Positions 62,338-64,000 of a stretch of DNA of 64,000 nucleotides are shown in pieces. Source of the DNA: Mobula hypostoma (Eukaryota); NCBI RefSeq assembly GCF_963921235.1, contig NC_086109.1:16494001-16558000 (forward strand), written 5' to 3'. How positions within the stretch are numbered: the stretch's first letter is position 1; each line of letters begins with the position of its first letter. A program made the position numbers and the translations under genes. Under the pieces are notes generated by a model. The model saw only the letters and a program-made list of their open reading frames with translations, was not told the origin of the DNA and did no database searches.

Positions 62338-63278
62338 CACATAAAATGCTGGAGGAATTCAGCAGGTCAGGCAGCATGCCGTTTCGAGCCATGACCCTTC
62401 ATCAGGGCTGGAAAGGAAGGGGGCAAAAGCCAAAGTAAGGAGGAGGGGGAAAGGAAGGAGTACAAGCTGGCGGGTGATGGGTGAGGCCAGGTGAGGGGAA
62501 ATGTGGATGGGTAGGAGATGGGATGAAGTAAGAAGCTGGGAGCAGATAGGTGGAAGAGGTAAGAGGCTGAAGAAGAAGGAATCTGATAGGAGAGGACAGT
62601 GGACCATGGAAGAAAGGGAAGGAAGAGGGGCACAAAGGAGGAGATGGACAGGTGAGAAGAAGAGAAGGAATGAGAGGGGAATTTAAATAGAGAGAAGGTT
62701 GGGGGGGGGGGAAGGAAATTACCGTAAGTCAGAGAAATTGATGCTCATGCCATCGGGTTGGTGACTGATCAGGCAGAAGATGAGGAGCTGATTCTCCAAC
62801 CTGAGTACAGCTTTATCGTGGCAGTAGTGGAGGCCATGGACAGGCATGTCAGAATGGGAATGGGAAGTTGAAACGAAGTCTGTGGCCACTGTGAGATGCT
62901 GCCTTTTTCAGCAGACAGAGTGCAGATGCTTGACAGAGTAGTCCCCCAATCTACATCAGGGTCACCAATTTCAATTCAGTCCTTTACCTCTTCCAACCAT
63001 CACCTCCCAGCTTCTTACTTCATCTCCCCTCCCCCCACATGACCATCCTTCCCCCTCACTTGGTTTAACCTGTCACCTGCCAGCTTGTACACCTTCCCCT
63101 CCCCCTACCATCTTGTTCTGGCTTCTGCCCCCTTCCTTTCCAGTCCTGATGAAGGGTCTCAGCCCAAAACGTTGACTGGTTATTCCCTTCCATAGACGCT
63201 GCTGTCCTGCTGAGCTCCTCCAGCATTTTGTGTATATTGCTCTAGGTTTCAAGCATCCGCTGAATCTCTTGTGTTTAT
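62338..63278. mobile_element. Neptune-type PLE: minus-strand endonuclease/3' end plus an inverted plus-strand 3' end
   Basis: 62720-62968 is the reverse complement of the GIY-YIG C-terminus; decayed hammerheads at 62380-62411 (-) and 63141-63178 (+). Confidence 0.85.
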
Positions 63279-64000
63279 GATCAGCAAGTTAGTGCTGTGA
63301 TACCTGCTAATAAGAGCAACAGGTTTTAGGATCACACTTGGAATCCAATTGTTTACCTACAGTATATCACGCTTTAATCCAAAGTCAGAAAGCGATGCAA
63401 ATACAAATTGAGGGAACGTTTCCCTGGTCTCAGTTTCACTTCTGCACAGCTGATTGGTCATACAATTGGTTATTCAGCAGGAACAGATACTCCAGCCGCT
63501 CCATAGAACGAAGAATTCATTCTGAACTTAATTAGTGTGTCACTCCACGGTGATATCTGTGGGGCCTATCGGACATCCACCATGCATACACATAGTAGAC
63601 TAGATATATTCTTTTCATTCTTTGGGCAATATCACATGATAAATTTTCATGCAAATGTAAGAAGGTCTTTGTGATCCCAAAATCTGATGTACATAAACCC
63701 TTCCTTCTAACCTGCTTTTTTTTTTGGTGGTCCAAATCTGTTAATAACTTTGCCAGTTTAAACAGATTTTTTAAGTAATATCAAGGCGTGCTGCCCAAGG
63801 TTTGGTTCTTTATGACTTTTTGACTTCAGTGACCCAACTGTACAGTGAGAACAAAGGCAATTCAGTGCCACCAGTAACATCTGGTTGACTTTCTGTACTC
63901 CGGTAAGTTTGGAGGTAGATTCCCGTTGTCTGTAAACTATAGCTGTGCAACTTTTGTCACATACTGGTGCCATTGATCTCAAGCTTTTGAGATAATTTAT

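Noticed and set aside
1..64000. Most short ORFs in the six-frame track as independent genes
   Set aside because: They are transposon relics, low-complexity or antisense frames; the real coding signal is the spliced NFASC exon chain.

Overview
Eukaryotic (vertebrate) genomic DNA. The repeat families suggest a cartilaginous fish, probably a ray; this is inference, not proof. The window lies inside one + strand gene, neurofascin (NFASC, L1 family). I traced 19 GT-AG exons that splice in frame from the second half of Ig2 through Ig6 and FnIII-1 to FnIII-4. They include two short cassette-type linker exons (48 and 45 nt) and the two-exon FnIII-3 cassette typical of the glial NF155 isoform. The gene start and end lie outside the window. 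The introns are packed with transposon relics: Penelope-like elements (PLEs) of three families, CR1, Rex1/Babar, RTE-related and I/Nimb-like LINEs, tRNA-SINEs, and Tc1, mariner and hAT MITEs. Main unusual signals: (1) minimal hammerhead ribozyme motifs in all three PLE families, including a perfect fold-back insertion with 87-bp arms and a 13-bp TSD; (2) a U1 snRNA-derived sequence with an internal duplication, sense within an intron; (3) a decayed duplicate of an NFASC exon that keeps its splice donor; (4) a fold-back mariner MITE with five TIR copies; (5) NFASC peculiarities: RGD replaced by RGA, an RARR furin consensus, a GAG acceptor, and QKI/RBFOX motifs next to cassette exons. Most ORFs in the supplied track are spurious. 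Transposon boundaries are approximate unless a TSD is given.
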